Program-made: the position numbers and the translations under genes
The notes under the pieces: model-generated
Databases searched by the model: none
Seen by the model: only the letters and a program-made list of their open reading frames with translations
What the model was told of the DNA's origin: nothing
Shown: piece by piece, positions 1 to 16,200 of the stretch
Layout of the letters: every line of letters starts with the position of its first letter
Numbering within the stretch: position 1 is the first letter of the stretch
Assembly: GCA_973851085.1 (NCBI GenBank)
Contig: OZ316775.1
Location: forward strand, 15,438,001-15,502,000
Origin: Ptychomitrium polyphyllum
Taxonomy: Eukaryota
Reading direction: 5' to 3'
Length of the DNA: 64,000 nt

Positions 1-1271
1 CGTTTCAGCCAACTGTGTGCAGGGATATCCTGAGGTATTATAAAGCCCGATTCCTTCATTTCCTCTGATGCTCCTAAATCCACCAACTCAGCTGCCGGAT
101 CCTTCCGTTTGACAAGATGTGCCATAGGATCACCAAATCGTATCCGCTCTTTAAACATCTTGTCAAGTTCAGGATCATCGCGAGACCGTGCAAATGGCTT
201 AGCTTTCTCAGCTTCAAACTCTGCAAGCTTTTCATCAACTTCTCGTTTTTGAGCTAACCCTTTCCCCCATTCGAGGGGTTTAACTTCAGGTTTACCTGCA
301 CCCTGTTGCTGCCTCATTAACTCCTCTAAACCCTCCAATCGTTTTCCGCGTTTATCACGGTAGACTGTTTCTGCTGCCCGACCTCCGCCATCCATCTCTT
401 TCAACCTTCTGGCGTCCTCCTGCTTCTTCTTCCTAAGCTCAGCTGCACGCTCTGCTTGGTTTTTAATAAGCCCTGCTTGCCTGCCATCGGTCATCCTCAC
501 AGGTTTCCGTCTAGACGGTGAAGAGTCCATGGAATCTTTTGACTGTGGTGGAGGCATTCTCCGTGGAGGAGAAACATCAGGGGTGCCTGCAGTCCGGTGT
601 CTCCTCCTGGGAGGAGAGATGTCCTGCGATTCAGGTATCCTTCTCGAAGAGGCATCGAGGGTGCCTGTAGTCCGATTCCTTCTCCTGGGAGGAGAGATGT
701 CCTCTGACGGAGGTACCCTTCGCGGAGGAGAGGCACTGGGTGAGCCTGCAGTCCGGTTCCTTCTCCTGGGAGGAGAGATGTCCTCTGACGGAGGTACCCT
801 TCGCGGAGGAGAGGCACTGGGTGAGCCTGCAGTCCGGTTCCTCTTCCTAGGCGGGGAGATATCCTGAGACGTACGCTCTCCTCTCAGAGGAGAAGCATCA
901 GCGGAGCCTGCACGAACTGTAGCATTAGTCTGCACTTTCCGTTGAACATCCACTCCCGGCACCGTACTCCATCCACTCCCGTCATCTCCAATAGACATAT
1001 ATGGTCGGTGTTGCTTAATCCTGTCCATTTGATGCATACGCTTCACTTCCACGTCTTCAATCACTTGAGGAGCGTCAACTCCCTCCACTTCTGGCTCGTC
1101 CGAATCCTCGTCAATAATTTTCTGCCAGGCTGCATCATTGTCTACTATGATCAGCCCTGAAGGCACCTTTGCTGCTGCTGCTTTCCGCTTCTTCTTCATC
1201 TTCTTCGGTTGCTTTACCTCGTCCCCAGCTGACTGGTACTTTTTCAGATAGTTTTTCAGTGAAGTCGCCAT
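1..1271 (-). CDS. BUD13: Pre-mRNA splicing factor BUD13/CWC26 (RES complex); 3' end lies outside the window
   Basis: ATG at 1271 (MATSLKNYLKKYQS...KKMKKKRK) with an open frame to the window edge. It contains DISPPRR repeats and the Bud13 domain motifs ETVYRDKRG, LEWGKGLAQ, PFARSRDD and RFGDPMAHL. Absent from the ORF track because no stop is in the window. Confidence 0.92.
   Translation of the reverse strand, partial: MATSLKNYLKKYQSAGDEVKQPKKMKKKRKAAAAKVPSGLIIVDNDAAWQKIIDEDSDEPEVEGVDAPQVIEDVEVKRMHQMDRIKQHRPYMSIGDDGSGWSTVPGVDVQRKVQTNATVRAGSADASPLRGERTSQDISPPRKRNRTAGSPSASPPRRVPPSEDISPPRRRNRTAGSPSASPPRRVPPSEDISPPRRRNRTTGTLDASSRRIPESQDISPPRRRHRTAGTPDVSPPRRMPPPQSKDSMDSSPSRRKPVRMTDGRQAGLIKNQAERAAELRKKKQEDARRLKEMDGGGRAAETVYRDKRGKRLEGLEELMRQQQGAGKPEVKPLEWGKGLAQKREVDEKLAEFEAEKAKPFARSRDDPELDKMFKERIRFGDPMAHLVKRKDPAAELVDLGASEEMKESGFIIPQDIPAHSWLK
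540..910. repeat. Coding minisatellite in BUD13, 78-81 bp unit, about 4 copies
   Basis: Unit starts (gtccg) at 592, 670, 751 and 832. It encodes DISPPRRRNRTAGSPSASPPRRVPPSE-type units. Confidence 0.9.
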
Positions 1272-1350
1272 GACTACTATTTGCAACTAACGGATAAAAC
1301 AAGTCTCAAGTTCCCAAGCACAGGACCACAGATACCAGAGCGCAGCTCCG

Positions 1351-1933
1351 TTATGCTGAAGCAGGCTTGTTGAACTCTGAAGCAGACTTTGCAGCTTTGC
1401 TAGCTCTGAGTTTCTCCTTGAACTGCTTGCTTGTCTCAAAATTCGCCTTCCGCTTCACTTGTTTCTGAAGATGAAAGAGTGCAAACTATGAGCTCTCACA
1501 AAACCCAAAATTCACCGTTTGGGCCAACAATTCTAATCACTTTGACAGTAAAGGTCTCAATCATTCACAAGCATGATTCATCTAGTTCCACTCCAATTCC
1601 AAACCCCTAAAAAGTGCATACAAAAAGAGCGCGGCACACGATCAGACCTCCTCTCGGAAACAATTGTCCAACTGGATTTTCAGGTCGTTGCAAGCTCCAA
1701 AGAACTTCTGCACAGGGTGATCCTCATGACATTTCTTGAAATTCACGATCACCTGCCACAATCCAACCGGCATCCACTCAACAACCGCCAGAGACCACAA
1801 AAACTCTCTATCCGACGCACGCACAACTCCGCAATCAAGAGCACCACAACCTCTGAGAAGAAAACCCTCACTCAGTAGCAGAGCGTACCTCGGCACAGGC
1901 GGGATGCTTGTGCAGCGTCAGAGGAGGATGCAT
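1351..1933 (-). CDS. CMC2: COX assembly mitochondrial protein 2 homolog (twin CX9C), 87 aa, 3 exons: 1933-1889, 1752-1648, 1464-1351
   Basis: GT-AG phase-0 introns join MHPPLTLHKHPACAE / VIVNFKKCHEDHPVQKFFGACNDLKIQLDNCFREE / KQVKRKANFE...PASA*. Two CX9C motifs and an MHP N-terminus are typical of Cmc2. Confidence 0.88.
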
Positions 1934-2647
1934 TTGTACCACTCAATAACCAAACCCCCGACTCGTGAAACTTCACCACCAACTGTACTCCAGCTCCTAC
2001 GCAAAGACGTCCAGCGGAGAGGCGAGAATCGATCACGCTGAAGCTTACCCGAGAAATGCCAAACAGAACACAAACGTCCAGCGACCAGGCGCACACCGTC
2101 GTCTCCAACACCCTCCCTATCCCAAACTACACCACCGCTCTGCAATCCTCTCTCACGTCAAGGCCCCGCCCTGCCACTTCCCTGCAATAGCCAAACCCTA
2201 ACAGATGCACGCCGAAGGCCGTCGCCACGCGTAAAACCAACACCATCAACAGTCCACCTACATCCCACATCCTCAAGTCTACTCCACCTGTACAGGAAAA
2301 TGTAGCCATGATCCGTCACTGCATCCAAACCGGGCTCAATGTACTATAATTTACAGCTCAAACCGAAAAATGTTCTTTATTGGTAGAAAAAGCCACCCCT
2401 AAAGCCCACAGTCGAGAATACTTAGTAGGTCGCCACCCAGAACCGTCACTACACCCAGACTCTAAAATCATTTATGAAGGGCGAACATTTTCACTGTAGA
2501 GTAGAGAACCGCTGACGATTTTGCTTCCCACCAAGAGGCACACAAAGAAGCGACACTGCACACAAAAGTATCTATGCCGTAATTGTTCAATCCGATTAGA
2601 TGGGTGGTGGTTTTGGGAACGGTGACGGGTTCGAGAGGCAGAGGCGT

Positions 2648-2685
<38 letters not shown>

Positions 2686-2730
2686 GCCAGTGTCGCAGAA
2701 TTTGTTTTGTTTTGTTCCGAATTTGCAGCT
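1934..2730. promoter_or_regulatory. Probable shared divergent promoter and 5' UTRs of CMC2 and TrpRS
   Basis: Head-to-head ATGs at 1933 (-) and 2731 (+), about 800 bp apart. Confidence 0.55.
2652..2683. repeat. (AG)n microsatellite in the TrpRS 5' region
   Basis: Uninterrupted AG dinucleotide run. Confidence 0.95.
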
Positions 2731-7121
<4,391 letters not shown>

Positions 7122-7548
7122 TGCAAATGCTAACTAGATGTTGACCTTTTCATGATAACAAATGGAATTGGTCGGTTCGTCTGGAGATCAGAAAATTTTC
7201 CTCCAGGATCTAGGGATCAGGGGACTAATTATTCCGGGACAGTAGAGATTCGAGATTAGACGTTGGATTGTTATTATACACTTCATTCATTGTGTTCACT
7301 GAAAAATTTTACACGCTAAAATGTGAAATTATTCAAACTTTCACTTTCCTCCTGCTCTGTTTAGATTTACAATCTTTATAGAATCCCTTCGATCCTCTTT
7401 TTCGATTGTCTTACGTTTTTTTAAGATGATTTTCCTTTCTTTTATTTCACCTGGCTACCTGTGTTGTAGCATTTATAAAAACAAGTGTAAGTTTTACTTG
7501 TGGAAAAATCGTCGGAGAGATTTGTGATTGACAGCAGAGGCGCCCGCC

Positions 7549-8085
7549 ATGAGGGGCAAGACCGTCGTTCTGCATAGGGCCATCCCATCCGACAACAGCT
7601 GCATATTCAATGCCGTTGGCTATGTCATGGACAAGGACAAACACAAGACGAATGAGCTGCGATGTTGGTGAGTAGATCTTCAAGGCAGAGAACTTGGGAG
7701 GTACAAATGAACTCGCCATTCTCAGTGACTTTTATGGTTTTGAAATCGCAGCTTATGGCATTCAATTCAAGCGGTGTGTTTGTATGGCAAGAGTAAAGGT
7801 TACCTGGAGCTGGTGATGCTGATATACTATGCTTATGATGCACTATGATTGGCACCGTTTGCAGATGCATCCGAGGAAATTGATTAGACTATCTTTTCTG
7901 TAGAAACGTTTGGCAACGTTGGCAGCGCTTCGGTTTTGGCTGATAGAGGTAGATGAAGCTCACAGGGCTACGCAGGTTTACTGATACGGGGTACTTTATG
8001 GTGTGTGTCAAAAAGGAATGGTTGGACAAGCCTTGGCAGTTGAACATGCAAAGGCAGTGGTCACACCAACTTCCGAGATTATCAG
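7549..8085 (+). pseudogene. Intronless disrupted copy of an OTU2/YOD1-type deubiquitinase
   Basis: Fragments in family order: MRGKTVVLHRAIPSDNSCIFNAVGYVMDKDKHKTNELR, LGGTNELAILSDFYGFEIAAYGIQ, LYG...VMLIY..YDAL*LAPF, and GVCQKGMVGQ..AVEHAKA..GHTNF. It has stops, frameshifts and an internal deletion. Confidence 0.85.
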
Positions 8086-8134
8086 GAGAAGAATGATTTC
8101 AAGCTAAAAAGAATCGAAAATTTCTTTTCATACA

Positions 8135-8409
8135 CTGGCCACACTAGGTGGCCAGCCCAGCCAACCCAGCCAGCAACCGATCCTTTTTCATTTAAGCCTT
8201 GCCGCAACAACTTGCGAAGAAAGAGGAAGGACAGTTTTACAATAAACAGGTGACTGCGATGGCTGCTCGCAGGGGTATCCATTTCATACGACGATCCCAG
8301 TATGCTAGGCGACAAAGTTTCACCATTGAAGACACCGCTCCTTGCAGGAAACAACATTTCTGATTTCGTGTGGCTGGGGTGGCTGTGATGGCTTTGCAGT
8401 GTGGCTCAG
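8135..8409. repeat. Imperfect ~40-bp inverted repeat pair (possible decayed MITE or hairpin)
   Basis: 8135-8175 matches the reverse complement of 8369-8409 at about 31 of 40 positions by eye. Confidence 0.45.
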
Positions 8410-10338
8410 GTACCAGTAGTATTATTAGTCCTCAACCTGATTCTTTGAAATTGTATCGGTTTCTCATATGGAGATTAGGTGTTTTCAAGGTCTATAGGAT
8501 TTGCCTCCAATTTTGGGTTGCATATATGCACTCTAAATGAAACATTACAAAACTTTGACTTTTGAAATAACTACTACATTGAAAAAGAATCAAGTAATAA
8601 AAAATATTATGATTGAAGCTCAGAAATATGTGAAATATGATCTATATGTGAAATGTTATTTTGAGAATTTTGATTTTAATCAAATATTTATAAATGCTTC
8701 AATTTTCTTGCATTTCACTTCCAAATCATGTTATTTTTTTAACTCAAGCAAAAAGTTTGTATACTTGAAAGGTATCACTTTGAAAATTTTTAATCTCAAA
8801 GTTGATAAGACATTTGTATAACATTCATAAGGGACCCCTCCCATTAGTGTCTATTACATATATCATTCTATTATCAAATCAAATTCAACCATGAATGAGA
8901 GCTATACATGAATTCTAATCATTAACTTTGTTTCTTCATTTGGTCCATTATATAACATCTTTCAATATTACAATCTTGCACCACTATTATAAGAAAATAT
9001 TTTTGTTATATATTCTACCATACACAATGTTTAGTAAGGTTTAGAACTTGGAAAAGAAGAGGAATGTTATTATAGTATTATTCATTATGGTTGTAGTAAC
9101 ATTTATGGTGATTTTAATATTGTTCATCATGGTACAATATCAATCATCTAGAGAATGTTATACAATTACCAGATGCTTGAGTTGCAATGATTAATTTTTT
9201 AATTTTTTTTCAAGAAAGATCTTATAGTTAATGAGAACAAATTAAATCCTATATGTACACTATTTTGAACTTTTGGAATATCAAATATTGACCTACTTCT
9301 ATCCAAGCATTCAAGTTATGGATGACAAACAAATTCAAATCAATATCTTTGACTTTGGTAGTTGTCATTATCATCCATTGAACTTTTTTTGGCTAATTAC
9401 TTGATATTCATACTATTTGGATTTTTGCAACAACTTCATATCAAAATTTCAATAGCAATGAGTTAAAAGGTATGTTTCAACCAAAACTGTAAGTTTTTGA
9501 TTCAAAATAAATTCTTAATTTGAGATGCTCAAAAATTTCAAAAGTTTCAATATTAAGATTTTCATATTTGGAGTTAATTAACAGAAAATTCAAGGATTTT
9601 CAAAATAATTTTCTAATAAAGAATCCTGAAGAAAATAATCAAACTTTAGGTTTTCAAAATTGTTTGAAATATTGGGAGAATCAAAGGTAGATACTTAGAA
9701 AGACCCTCCGACAGTCTAGGCGTTAAAATTATCAGATGTTACTGCTTCTTTCCCCATTATATCCTACCACAAGATCACCTGGAGTTCATAGTGGACTTTG
9801 CAAAGTTGTCAAATCCAGAGATTGTTTTTGGCCAGTTTTATGGTTTCAAAATATAAAAGATCATACTTGTACATTTAGTACCACCAGTGACCGAGGCCTG
9901 CAAAGCTGAACCTTCTTGGTCATCCAGATGTTCATAGATTTTCTTATACGGGGCCCAAACAATGATCACCCTCTGTACAGGGAGACCATCACTTTAGAGT
10001 TCCGGCCTATTGAATTTGAGAACTGAGAACTTAAACTATCCAAGCATGACGTGCTATGATAAGCTTATAACTCATGTCACCAAAACCAAAGCTATGAACT
10101 CCATTGCCCAGAGAGCTTGCCCCGAAAATTTGACTGCATGTTCGGCATTCACCAAACATCACATTGCAGAGGGAGCAGACTTCGTGAGCCAGTCACTTCA
10201 CTTAAAAGATGGAAGAAACCAGAGGGAAATTTAAATGTATCTGCTGTTGCTCTAATTAATCTAAAAGGTGAAAAATTAATTTAAGGTTTTTCATAGGGAA
10301 CAGAGTCTATAAGGAGAGAGATATGCTAGTAAGTCGTG

Positions 10339-12567
10339 CTATCTGGCCAAGATGAGAGGATTGTTCCATGAATTGAAGGTGGCACGCGGCGACTTGTTGG
10401 CGAAGTCAAGATGGTCAATCTGAACGCCCAATGAATACAGAGTGTCACGCAGTTGTTGCACTCGAAGTGGGTAGTTTATAATTGCATCTAAACCAGCAGC
10501 CATATCCTTCTGGGTAGAGTCTTGCAATCTGCAAATAATCAAAATAACAATCCACCTATCAGAAATAGATCCTTCAACGTAATCCCAGCCTTGGGATAAA
10601 CAACCCACTTTGTTTTCAAGAAAGCAAAACATAAACAGGAAAATTAATACAACGAGGAAAATGCAAGCATTCAACATGTTCAAATAAAATAATCATTTTT
10701 TAAGTGAGAATAATGTCTTCTATCAAGCAACCAAAAAAGAAATTACCTGTTAAGATGGGTGATAGCAACGATTACAACTTGGGAGGTAATGTTGGGGCTA
10801 CTTGAACTGGACTCCATGTTCCGAAGCAGACGGATCAGAGCATAATCATCACTCCGGGCACCATCAAGGTTCACAAACACAATAGAGAATCCCTCCGGAT
10901 CTTGCATGCTCTGCTCGAAAGTCCACAGGGCCTCACTCCTACTGCTCACACAGGAAACTTCAAAGCCACAACGCCCCAGCATGAGGTTGAGAGACTTGCA
11001 ACCCCGAGCATCAGGGTCCACCACCATGGCCCTGGCTTGAGTCAGGCTGCTGCGTTCCAGGCCGTTGCCCTTGCTGGCATCCGAGTTTTGCTCACTCTTG
11101 CACCAGTCCTGGGAGCAGACGGAGGAGCCCTCGGCTTCGTAGAAAGTGTTGGTTGAGTCGCCAAAGATGTCCATGGCGTCTCTGCCGGATCCATCAAAGT
11201 AGGGAGAAGGGGGTTGCTCAAGCGCCGCCAGAAACAGGTCTTCGCTTCGGGAGGAGCCGCCATAGGAGTTGACGGATGCTTCCTCTTCCAAGTCCAGGAT
11301 GCTCATGTGATCCAAGGCGCTCACATTGCAGTCGAGCTTCAAGGTGGGTTGTTCCATCTTGGGTGGACTCAGAGGCATGACGACGCAGACCACGCCACAG
11401 GTGACGCCTATGTTGTCTGTGCGGGCATTGGCCATCAGAACTGCATTCATGTCCTTGCCCCACTTGGTCTTTAAGTTCCAAATTTCTTGAACGGAGTCCT
11501 GGCCCTCAAGTGCTGCCTTCAGAAGCTCCTCACAGTCCCTGAAAAGCGAGAAACCGGGGAGGGTTAGGAACTTCAGACACGAGATTCTCCTGTTCAGAAC
11601 TTGCTGAAAAATCGAGGGTGCAGCACATGTAAGAACAGAAGAAGCATACATGTGATAGAAGCAGAGAAAGGGAAGAGGAAGTAAGAAATCAAAGATACGA
11701 GTTTGGATGAAATACTTACTTTTCGGTAGCTAACTGGTTACTGAACAGGGAAGCAGTGAACTTGGGCATAGCGAACACCTCGGTTTCGGTCCAGCCAGTA
11801 GCGTCGGTGGCACGTCTGAAAGAAGAATACGAAGGAAAACAAATATCCATCAGTTAAATGACTTGCACGCACAACTGTGTACCAGCAGACACTTGCAGAG
11901 CTCACTCTTTCCCCTTTTCAATTCCACCAACTAAACCCGAGAATATACTTCACCAGGGCTTCTAAGATGCAAGATCTACTACTATTCTCGCTCCACGTCT
12001 CCTGTCGATTGCATATCAGTCACTGATTGAAACCATTCTCTACATCACACTTCGACTTCAATTGAAGTCCATTCCAGCAAATCATTGATAAGAACATAAC
12101 TCTCCAAAACCCCTTCACCCTTGGCCTACAAGCCCTTTCACCGAGAGTTTTTGGCTACAACAGTTTCCAATTCTTCAACAAAGGATGAACGAAGATTAGC
12201 GAAACATGCTAGATTGAGAAACGATTGATTTAACTTTGTTGATGACAAGCCTCCACGTTAACCCTCTAAACTCTTAAGTCACGACCAAGAAACCTTCGAA
12301 ACAAGTTAGACTGTTGCCTCACCTATTCCAAAAGGTGCACCGCAGGTTCAAGTCGACTCCGAACATGGGCACGGGAAGCTCGTCAGCGTGCACGACCGCG
12401 GAATCATTGTAATCCAGCCCCTTCTTCTCGCCCCCCGCACGAGGTGAGCCTGTGAGCTCCGCCACAAAGTCCAGCGCTGCTCGCTTATGGTTCACTTCCG
12501 AAACTCCCATCATTCCCCCCAAGCCACCACCACCACCGGCTCGTTTGCACCCCACCTCCAAAAACAT
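10339..12567 (-). CDS. PAS domain plus pseudo-receiver domain protein, 440 aa, 4 exons: 12567-12323, 11815-11720, 11538-10747, 10528-10339
   Basis: Three phase-2 GT-AG introns give one 1323-nt frame. PAS: LPVPMFGVDLNLRCTFWNRRATDATGW...GVVCVV. Receiver: RAMVVDPD...IVFVNL...VIVAIT...AGLDAIINYP. The start codon choice is uncertain. Confidence 0.85.
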
Positions 12568-12983
12568 TCTCAACTCCACTCAACCCCCTCGAGCTCCACA
12601 ACTCCACTCCACACACCCCTCAACAAGTGCTAGACCAAGCGTCCCAGGTGCAACACAGCACCAAAACGCCAACTTCTGAGAGCACAAAACACCGGTTCGC
12701 ACCAGTATGTTCGTGATGAGCAGTCCCACAGGTGAAAGCCGGACCTTGGCAAGTGTGAATCTAAGAGAAGGTACTCCCTTCCGACCACCCGCTCTAGCGC
12801 AAAGCTGCGAAACTGCAAAGCTTTGTATCGAGGCCACGACGGAAGCGGAAAATGTCTAGAGTGTAAGACGACCGAGTGTATCTATGCAATGCGCGAGCGA
12901 TGCGCTGCGGGTGCAGCAACAGCCGGGTCTGTAGGAAGCTCAGCAGCTTGGTGGGTCGGAAACCCTCGGCGCGGACTGGACTT

Positions 12984-13065
12984 GGCAGGTAGAAAGGCAG
13001 GTAGATAGGCAGGTAGAAAGGCAGGTAGATAGGCAGGTAGAAAGGCAGGTAGATAGGCAGGTAGG
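12984..13065. repeat. 12-bp tandem repeat GGCAGGTAGA(A/T)A, about 6.5 copies
   Basis: Seen directly; the two variants alternate, giving a 24-bp higher-order unit. Confidence 0.9.
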
Positions 13066-13186
13066 TGGACTTCGCTTCTACTCGAGCGTTGCGCCACAAC
13101 ATTGTTGAGCCTGCTGCAGCGTCCTCCCTCGCTCTTGACTCTCGGCTAGAAGGGCGACTTAGTGTGGTCCTACAACTAGAGGTGGG

Positions 13187-13241
13187 GCCCATGTGGTGGT
13201 TGCCCATGTGGTGGTTGCCCATGTGATGGTTGCCCATGTGG
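13187..13241. repeat. 15-bp tandem repeat GCCCATGTGGTGGTT, about 3.6 copies
   Basis: Seen directly. Confidence 0.9.
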
Positions 13242-16200
13242 GCTTTGGAGTCGCACTATGTTCCTTGGAGAGTATACGCCAAAAGGCTTATTAATGAGGA
13301 TTTATTTTTGACCATGCTATAGTATTTTGAAGTATTCACCTTGAGACTGCATCTCTAGCCCTCAAGCTAAAAGAAGAGTTTTGTTCCGCTGGGAGGAAAC
13401 ACCAAAGAAGGCATATCAATGCGAATTTATTTTTGAATTATGTTGTAGAACTTTAAGTTGTGTGGTAGCAATTGTTTAATCCAACTTTTGATTTCTTACA
13501 ACCAAACTATACTATGATTCATATTTTCTTGAAGTTCAAGTCAAACAATTTTAAAGTCAAGGGTTGGTTTGATGTATATTAGGACTTCCTAAATTGTTGT
13601 AGAATAATTTCATTTTAAATAAGATACTATAATTTTATGTAATTCAAAACAAACATAATATTTTGTAATAGTTGACACAATTCACTTTGGAAAATGGAAA
13701 ATTGATATGAAAATGGTAATAAAGGCATGAGATAGTGAATGCATGAATGTATGAGTTTAATTTGGTGGTTTGGCCTACATGCTTTCTTAATCTTTATTTT
13801 AATTAATTTTTGATCATAAAAGTGTATTAAAAAAAAATTAAAAAGGATGTTTGGGGTCATTTTTAAAAAATGTTATAAAAAGCACATTGATAAAGTCTAA
13901 CTATTTAAAGTATGAACAAACAAATAAACATGAATTAGAATTTGATATGTAGTCTTGAAGAGCCTCTTATTATGCCTTCATCTTATGTCACATTATTAGA
14001 AATTCTTCACAAAACATTTATAATTTAACATTGTGATATGATATAGTATTCATTAAATAGAAAATCGATAGGAACTTGTTAGACTAATTCTTTAAAAATG
14101 AATAAATGTTTCTAGGATTTTTTATACAATTGTTTTAAATAGAATTTGGCTAAGTTGTAAATTTTTATATGTTTATGAGATTTTGAATACAGTTGTAGTA
14201 CTTACCCATTTCAGTAAACAACTCAGGAATTATCATAAGATGGATATCTACAAACTTTAACATTGCCAGGTCAGGTTCTGTAATATAGCTCTAGTTAGAT
14301 GGCCCTACTAGAACATAACTGCACTTCTTTTTAACATACTAAACATTTTGTTTAATAGTGTCAAGAGTAGATGCTCTACTGTGGTGTGGGATCACAAGCA
14401 CTGCTGATGAGTAGGAGCGGTGGAGGATCACGCCAGTAAGGGATGTTACACAATAAAAAATTGTAGGAAATTCTACTTTGTAGTTGAGTCTAGGTTCAAA
14501 TACAAAGTATTTACAGAGCTGTGCTGTGGAGCCTGAATTCACTTTGTTTTGGACATTAGTACATATAATTTGCAGAATATCATGTTGATTGACCCAAACA
14601 TGCAGCTCAGTTTTCAAGTCCTGAAGATGTAATAGCAACAATCATTATATGGAGTGCAGATTATTTTATATATGTCACACAATGCTTCTAACATTCTCTT
14701 GATGATTGCAAACTTAAAGATTGATATCACTATTGAGTTTCCTACAGTAACCTATGTATTCCAAATCTGCCATTGCGGTGAGTCAGTTCTGAGAAGAGGC
14801 TCAACTTCAAAGCAAGTTTTGATTTTCTATGCATTCTTGATTCTTGAAAATACTGCTGGGACTTGACAAAAAGTTTGGAATGAAAACTACAGTCTTGATT
14901 CCATTATGATGGAAGGCTAGTGTATGAGGGTGGGGGCAGTGCAATCAGAAACAGTAGCAGAATGCAATCTACTCTATACATGTAGTGCATCCAGTTGTTT
15001 ATTACAATACATTACACCAGTGCTTCTACCAATATAGCATTCATAAGACAGTAATACAAACTGGGTGTTATATGTTACATTCTTTTATGAAAGTTTGCTT
15101 GACCAAAATGGTTAGCAATGGTTAGCAATTGGTTGTGTTTCAAAAAAATCCTCATAATCTTAGTTATATATCTAGTAACATTTATTAAAGTTGAAACTGT
15201 GATGATTTAAACAAACCATATACTTTTTTTAAATACCAATGATGATTTTTATAAAAAATATCAACAAATCATTCAAATATGTTTATTTTCTCTTATTTTT
15301 GGTAGATCTTTCAAATTTTATTTCAATTCTTATGATTGTGTGATATATTTTATAACTTTCTAGATTTTGGAATTTTCATGGTTTAAAGACTAAAAGCTAT
15401 TATTTGTATGTTCTTAATGGATTTTACAATTTAAGACCTTTGCTTCTTAGCCTCTTTAGACATAAGAAGGTTTGACCTTCGTTTAAAGAGCCCTTAAAAT
15501 CATCTCTACGTCATACCAAAATGTGAATGTAAATTTTTAACTCATATACAATTGGTATTTTAATATGTCAATATAAGAAATTCATTCATAGATCATATAA
15601 AACTAGAGAATCTAAATTTTGACATTAAATGATAGAACTATATACTTTTCAAGCATGCTAACTTATAGAATTTGAATGGTTTGTCAAATCATTGGACTTA
15701 AATTAAACTGATTTAATAAATGTGATTGATATGATGAATCAACTCCATTCAATTCCATAATTTTTGATGAAATTCCTCAAATCTTATACATTACCATGCT
15801 TGCAAGGCAAGTGAGTTAATGATAAAGTGTCCAAATTTAGAATTTGTTTTACTTATTTTATATCATTTTTCAATATGTTTTCAATATGTTTTCAATAGTT
15901 GTTTTACAATTGCTAATTCAATGTGAATAAAAAGATGTTTCTTATATTTTTGTTTGTATATCAAAAATGGTCTAGGATGTATGATTTTTTATACAATATT
16001 TACATATTTTTTTGAGTCTAACGTATTAATTTGTTTTACCATAACTTCAATATGACTTATCAAGTCCGAGGTGGATTATCAAGTCATAGTTATGAAGTCA
16101 AAAGAAGCAAGATTACATGAAGATTTGTCAAAACTAAGATTACTCCTAGGCAAATCCAAAAGGACTGTTTTAAAAAAACCTCATCACTTTACAAGGACTA

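Noticed and set aside
497..867. Repetitive ORFs 497-817 (-) and 529-867 (+)
   Set aside because: These are alternative-frame and antisense shadows of the BUD13 repeat.
10743..11651. 302-aa ORF as a stand-alone gene
   Set aside because: Its first ~38 codons are intronic; it is exon 3 of the spliced PAS/receiver gene.
12794..13237. 147-aa ORF with MGNHH and YLPF repeats
   Set aside because: It is simply the translation of the two tandem arrays, with no other coding evidence.
14400..14480. CTGATGAG as a hammerhead ribozyme core or snoRNA C box
   Set aside because: No stem II followed by GAAA, and no terminal stem or convincing D box was found.
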